Part shown: positions 58,039 through 64,000 of the stretch, one piece after another
How positions within the stretch are numbered: the stretch's first letter is position 1
Layout: every line of letters starts with the position of its first letter
Origin: Convolutriloba macropyga
Lineage: Eukaryota
Direction: 5' to 3'
NCBI RefSeq assembly: GCF_964194025.1
Contig: NC_134481.1
Coordinates: forward strand, 32,364,001 to 32,428,000
DNA length: 64,000 bases
The notes under the pieces: model-generated
What the model was told of the DNA's origin: nothing
What the model saw: the letters and a program-made list of their open reading frames with translations, nothing else
The model's database searches: none
Translations under genes and position numbers: made by a program

Positions 58039-60096
58039 TGTTGGCGCCACTTCACATTAGGGCTGGCGCCACTTCGATTCAGCAACAAAAGCCATCACAC
58101 AGCACGAAATTACTTTTGAAACTGAAAAAAATTAGAATTTGTCAAAACTGAAAAATGGTCAGAACTGCTTTTACAAGTTGGGACCGAAATTTTGTACACC
58201 GCCCCGATTTTTGGAAGGGAAAACCTGAAAAACCCGAGGTTATGGCGCACGGTTAGGTTTACCTCTACGCTATTCATGGACCCAACGATCATTATGGCAT
58301 CAGATCCACCAGGGTGGCTATTGACACTTATATGGTGCAAAATTGGCATTTTTTGATATTTTGTTACTTATTCTTAAATTTTTGAAGTTGCATATTTTAT
58401 GATATTTTAGGTTACCATTAAAAGTCAAATACCGCACGTTCGAGGCATTTTGAGCCATCTAATAACCATCCGTGCTTATGTCAATAAAAATAAATTTTGC
58501 AGTAATTTGACATTTACTATGTAAACAATGACAATCAGAAACAAGTAGCAATGATGTTAACATAGCCGGCAGATTGCCGGAATAGCTGAGAAAGAATACA
58601 CCCGCGGGCCATATAATAGATATAGAAACAAATACAGATCTAAATTGAAAACAAAATCGACGCCGCTCAAAAAACTAGGCTAAAAAACATTCAGCGATAA
58701 ATAAATTGATAAAGCTTGTTAAAATTCATTCCACGGAAGCCTCTTATTAGGGATCTTTACTGCGCATATGAGTTGATTTGACCTTAAACAAATTCAAATT
58801 GAACTTAAGTTTTAAAGTGCAAAAGTCATTTTTTTGAGTGAGGTAAGTTACGTATGATCAAAATCTAATCACGCAAATAACCTAAAAACTTTCACTGAAG
58901 CGAGTGAGAAATGACGTCACGCGCGCAAATGCCGTTAGTGAGAGGAAGAAGTCATTCAAAAAATTTGACCTTTTCAGCTTTGCTGTTTGAACAAATGTAA
59001 AAAGAAAAAAGAGCGTCAGACGACGAAAGAAAGAAAAACCAAGAGCACCGCAATATAGCTACGCTCAGCTTACAGCTTCGCAACTATAAACATACCCGGC
59101 AGATTGCCGGAAAATAGCCGCCGTTGATTCCAATAAGCATGATTGGGATTGAAATAACAGAAGATATTGAAAAAGAAAGATTTTTGTACAAAAACATTTT
59201 TTTAAGTCCGATTTATTTTGAAGGCATTTCGTAGTTGAACATACTTCTGTTTCTTAGAGAGAGGCTACAGGGGCTCCTATCAATAACAATAAGCCTTAGA
59301 GATGGTAAATAAGACTTATAGGAACGACGTTCAATTAGCGGGCATCTAAAATTGGGCTTTATGGGTTTATCCCGTTTCTACTTCTGACTTCAATTTTTTA
59401 TACTGACCCTGTTCATTTTGAATTGCTTTGCTGCGCAACTGATGTTCAAAATCACTTTTAGCAGAATGAGAGAAGAGAGAAACTAGCCTAGAGAAGTCAA
59501 AAAGATTTCACGCAAAATGTTGAAAAGGCGGCAAAATGAGGTAAAGCGAAACATTTTTTTATTCGACGAAGTAAAAAAAAAAAAATAGGAGCGCTATAAT
59601 AGCCGGCTGAATAGATGAGGGCGGCTATTAATAAAAGATAACTATTTGGTTTTTTGTTTGAACAGAATTGTTTGAATAGTGGAACTGAATTGTACTGAGA
59701 ACCATTAGAACTTGTTATACAGAACAGTTGGCTCTCAGATTAGACTAAAATTTGAATCTTCTGCAACTTTAGTTTTTTTTTGCTGAGTTTTGCTATATCT
59801 TAAGAGCTTGCGAGTTTCAAGTTAGTTGAGCTTAGTTGACGAGAAGTTAGCATCTTTACTAACACTGGCTGAAGCCTTACAAACTTTAGCACGAGATTGA
59901 ACATAGATTATCACTAAAGATTTTCTTTACTTCAATGAACAAAATTAAAGTTATAGTCCTTTAATACGTCCGAGCGACTTATAGTTTCGAAGAGATTGTT
60001 AGTCAATCGAACCCTGTGTAGAACCAGGCCTGTGTAAAACTCGAGAACCAGGCTGTGATATATCGGTTCCAATGAGATTATTGAGCAGCCGCAACA
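58039..60096 (+). repeat. 3' LTR of the BEL/Pao element, split by an insertion of about 1.07 kb (58559-59630)
   Basis: Starts TGTTGG after purine-rich gaaaacaggaccagcga; ends CAACA (TGTTG..CAACA inverted termini). Confidence 0.85.
58559..59630 (-). mobile_element. Two adjacent Helentron-like elements (58559-59078 and 59088-59630) inserted in the 3' LTR
   Basis: Absent from the 5' LTR; both begin on + with aacata.ccggcagattgccgg and end in atagc..gct hairpins. Confidence 0.75.
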
Positions 60097-60759
60097 GAAG
60101 TGTTCAGTAATAGAATAGAAGAGCATTGCAAAATGGCTAAATGCTTTTGGGTCTTACCAATTTATTCCGATCTCGATAAGTCACAAAATCTGTGTCAGAC
60201 AAAAAATCCGTTCCACGAAGATTTGCATAAAAGATGACGAACTTGGCGAAAAAAATTATGTAAATTTTTTTGAGAGCAGTTAATCAAATCTTTGCAAGAT
60301 TCAGTGATGTAGACAACGAATCAAAAGAATAAGAATTAGCCTAAGTTCTGTCAAAGTTCCGAGGAATTAGATGAAAACCAAAAGTCACATTAGATCAAGC
60401 AAAAAATCAGCCGAGCACGAAATCGCATAAACAAGACCACGGGACCAATATAAATGCTACAAACTTTGTTTGAGGACAATTAAAAATTGCTAAAAAAAGA
60501 CCAGTGGGACCAATATGATTGTCAAACACAAACAGTTGAAGAAATTTGAAGAAAAAGGCCCACAAAACTCTGAGAATATTTTTAAAACTTTAACATACAC
60601 ATTGTAGTAGCCATTTTTGAAATTAATGGTGTTTGACAACAGACTACTGAACAGAGACAAAGTAGATTTTTGACACAGATTTCAAAAATAATCCTTTTCA
60701 AATCTCGATGCCCCGCAAAGAATTGTCATCTTATATTTCAATATTGTATATCCACTCAC

Positions 60760-60934
60760 TATAAATGCAGATGCCTCCTGATCTAGGGGTCGCAAGTAGT
60801 GAGCTAATAGTGCCTCGAACACGTGAACTACGTGCACTTTGTCCTGGAACGTCAGAGGGATGCTCAGGTTGATCAACTTCAGGGCGTTTGGGATGCGCAT
60901 TTGAAGGGGTCCCTTCACGTGGGCCACGAAGTTA
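60760..60934 (-). CDS. Voltage-gated sodium channel-like alpha subunit, penultimate exon (C-terminal EF-hand-like domain); upstream exons not found in the window
   Basis: Minus strand ttgcag|T-NFVAHVKGPLQMRIPNALKLINLSIPLTFQDKVHVVHVFEALLAHYL..SAFI|GTGAGT resembles the Nav consensus LSDF..L..PL.I.KPN...LI..DLP...GD(K/R)IHC.DIL.A. Confidence 0.8.
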
Positions 60935-62176
60935 CTGCAAACAGAAACATACCCGACTGATTACCAGATAACCCCAATTAGTATTGAAAAAAAAAGAAAC
61001 AGTAACGAAAATTGATTTTTGTACCAATTTTTTCTTCAAAAGTACGAACTCTTTTATTTCAATACATATTCTTGTTCCTTAAGGAGAGGATGCAGGTGTA
61101 GTATCAATACCAATGAGCATTACAGATGGTACCTAAGACTTCGCTTAAGCTTTACTAAGATTATAAGTAGCGAGCATCTAAAATTGGGCTTTATGGGTTT
61201 ATCCCGTTTCTATTTTCGATTTCGTTCATTTTGGACTCCTTTGACGAGCAACTGCTGTTTAAAGGCACCTTGAGTAGAATGAGCGAAAAAAACTAGCCAG
61301 GAGAAGTCAAAACGATTTCATGCAAAGTCAAAAGCGAAGAAATGAGGTAAAACGAAACAAATTTTTTATTCGAGTAAGTCAAAACCTTAGCAGGACAAGT
61401 TCTGAAGTACAGTCTAAAGAATTGAAAGAAAAACTTCAAACCACTTTAACCTCACCCAGCAGACAAATTGAGCAATGCCAGCCAAAGAGACATATTTAAT
61501 TCTTAATCGCATTATATTTTACAGCGTCAGTGTCAAAAATATCTTTATTAATCCGTTTACTTAACAATAAACAAGATAGAATAAATCTGATAAACCTTTT
61601 AAATACAAATGAAATGAGAACTGCTATCACTGAAACACCGTGACATGACTACAAGAAAAAACAACCAAAAACCTGCCAAACTAAAAAAATCGTTATTTTT
61701 TTGAAAACAAGTCAAAGACATAAAATTAACTGCGATGAGCTCCAGCCAACAATTGGACTAATTTTTTTCTGAGTAGCAATTGTTGAGACCTGAAATTAAT
61801 GGGACTATAAAGTAAGACAACAAAATAGACAAGAAATACAGAATGCAGGGAAAACTAAAAAATGTGGAATCTTTTTTGAGACAAATAGTGTCAAAGTTAT
61901 TTAAAATCACTAGCTAACAAATTGAAGACAAAGAGATAAATAACAGTTTCAAAAAACCTCAAGATGCGTTTCCTGATGTCCTACCTGGGAACCTATTTTT
62001 TGAATAGTTTTCAAGGTAATGGAAACCATTGGCATTGAACGGACCCGAATAATTTGATCTACTTATGCCTCAATAGTAACTAATGAGAGGAGCTGTCATT
62101 TAAGACATTATGTGGAAAAAAATACTGCTGGAAGAAGAACTACATTATTTATTTAGACTACAGTTTCAGTAAGAAA

Positions 62177-63360
62177 AACATAGCCGGCAGACTGCCGGAA
62201 AATAGCTGCGATAGAAGCTTGTGGTTTCCATTGGAATTGAAACAACTAAAGAAATAAAATAGACAGATCGACCAGCAGTCCTTTAATAGACCACTGGAAT
62301 TTTTGGGTTAGAATCGGACTGTCATTTTTTATGACACATACGGTCTATAAGGAAAAAACACTAACGGAGCTTTTTCAAAATTGATATTAAAAATCAAAAT
62401 TTCAACACTCAGGAGTTAGGGCATATACGTTTCGTACTACTTATATGCACATTATTGATCTTTAACTAGTAAAAATTCGTAAAATTTAAAGTTCCATAAG
62501 TGAGTTCTGAGGTCATTTTTTGAGTGAGGTAAGTCACACAATTGAACTAAAAGCAGAAATGACGTCATGCACACAAATTTTAACTGCAAAGCAGTAGAAG
62601 TCACTGAAGTATTTGAAAAAGACAATTCCAATAAGTCAGGTCGTAAGAATGATCGATGAAGACGACGAATTAAAAAACATAGCCGGTAGAATACCGGAAA
62701 CGATTCGAATCGTCGTGCAAAATAATCTCTGCCCTGACTTGGACAAAATCAGAATATCGAAAAAAAAACACTCTAGAAATAACCAAAAGAGTAGACCAAT
62801 ATTACAAAAAGCGTTAAAATTTTTTCAGTTCAGGGGTGTGGGAAGGTGCTGGTGGTGGTGGGAGGGGGGGCGGGGGTTGGTAGGTGGTGGTGGGGGGTGT
62901 AGGTAGGTGGGGTGGGGGTAGGTACGTTGCGGGGGTTGGGGTTAGGTAGGAACGTGTGGGGAGGGGGGGGGGGGGGGGTAGGTAGGTTGGGGGGGAGGGG
63001 TAGGTACATTGGGGGGGGGGGGGTTAGGTACGTGGGGAGTAGCATTAGTTTTTTGGGGGCGGGGTTGGTAGTTAAATGGGATCAAATTTTCTCAAATTGA
63101 CCTCTTCACATTGAATTACAAGCTATTACCACTTGCTATACATTACAAATTAAGCTATTGTTAAAGTCCAATGTTCGAAAACAGAAGTCAACAATCAAAA
63201 ACGGAGGTAAAAGCTCGAATAGAAATAAGTCAAAATTCAAGTCATGAACAAACTTGGTTTCTGCTAAAAACAAAAAACTTGTAGAATCTCAATACTCCTT
63301 TTCGAGTCGTAAAAACCACTATGCCCCAATAATAGTTGCTATCGCTTCGCCGCTATTAAT
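62177..63360 (-). mobile_element. Composite Helentron-like element (host 62177-63360 with family C-type insert 62676-63312) including G-rich tract 62834-63070
   Basis: Terminal stem-loops at 62177 and 62676; aatactccttttcgagtcgtaaaa at about 63292-63315; host hairpin 63331-63358. Confidence 0.55.
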
Positions 63361-63574
63361 AAAAAACTGTCCAAAAAAATGTGTCTTCTTTTTAATATTT
63401 AGTGAGTTTTTGTATTCTGATTACAAAATTGTATAACTTCTGACAGCTTCTATTAGGTGCTCTCAAATATTCGTCAGTTAGAGTCTCACCTTGTCTATTT
63501 AATGCAGCAGTACTTATCACGAGGAAGGGCATTTTTGAGAGTGAGATGAGTCATGTGTTACAAAACCTAAACAT

Positions 63575-63941
63575 AATCGACTAACGCCAAGCGAATTGCT
63601 CAAAAACAACTGGCGAGCTAGCTTGTTTAGGGGTGCAACAATATGCAAGTATGGGGATTGGGGGAAGGGTAGAATGGGGTGGCTGAAGGCGGAGGAGGTT
63701 CAAACACTAAGAACCACCCTTCGCCACAATGAATTTTTGTCTCCAAAAGAGTTTTAGTGAATCGCATACTTAGAGACTAGTCAACCGAAAGGCAGTAAGA
63801 GACCCTTCCGCGCGTTACCTGTTTATCCTATTTTTGAGGGGAAAAATGGAAGGGATCAGGCGGAGAGCCAGTGAAACGAAAAGTTGCATAAGAAGAAAAC
63901 AGGACTAATAAAATCAGCAGATATTTCGTGTGAGGGCTATT
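63575..63941 (-). mobile_element. Family A element copy, reverse orientation
   Basis: aattgctcaaaaac, G-rich centre, tttatcctatttttgagg core, ggactaata. Confidence 0.55.
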
Positions 63942-64000
63942 AATTACTCAAATGAGAAAAAAATTTGATCCATTTAGAGCGAAGAACAACCTCACGCGTG

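Larger units (their letters stand above)
51030..60096 (+). mobile_element. Full-length decayed BEL/Pao LTR retrotransposon, antisense within the last intron of the Nav-like gene
   Basis: Paired LTRs; order gag CCHC knuckles (CFNCLKPGHQLKDC, CGRQHYKLLH), protease (CDTGSSISF), RT (LRFLWR..HVFGAK..NF*LDDFL), RNase H (TIPKLELQ), integrase (CLTTRAVDI..RFIARRG..SDIGTNFVGA), C-terminal domain (GRIIEIFTG..GVVRSARV); many stops and frameshifts. Confidence 0.93.

Noticed and set aside
62613-63100. Gly-rich and Pro-rich ORFs on both strands
   Set aside because: Translation of the G-rich low-complexity centre of a repeat element
61000-64000. Next upstream exon of the Nav-like gene
   Set aside because: No segment encoding the expected WEKFDP..FI-like motif was found; it probably lies beyond the window

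Overview
AT-rich metazoan genomic DNA with spliceosomal GT-AG introns and dense repeats; the species cannot be determined from the sequence. Three protein-coding loci can be assembled with phase-consistent splice junctions. (1) A six-exon, 902-aa PAM-like gene (peptidylglycine alpha-amidating monooxygenase architecture: signal peptide, PHM, PAL, TM, cytosolic tail; + strand, 929-18409). Its ORF, structural cysteines and trafficking tail are intact, but all six PHM copper ligands, two of three PAL zinc ligands and the PAL catalytic Arg appear replaced, making it a candidate doubly dead PAM pseudoenzyme and the top finding. (2) A two-coding-exon mitochondrial ATPase inhibitor IF1 gene (+ strand, 34577-38557). 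(3) The last two exons of a voltage-gated sodium-channel-like gene, probably Nav2-type (- strand, 60934-48313), whose 12.2-kb last intron holds a decayed full-length BEL/Pao LTR retrotransposon. Also present are a decayed L1/Tx1-type LINE, an internally deleted CR1/L2-type LINE with a 2A-like DIETNPGP motif, two degenerate hammerhead-like motifs and two tRNA-like sequences. Many DINE-1/Helentron-like non-autonomous elements nest in one another at a recurrent site, form a 1.7-kb tandem array and mostly follow host transcription direction. Reference residue numbers come from remembered rat PAM and bovine IF1 sequences aligned by eye and need confirmation.
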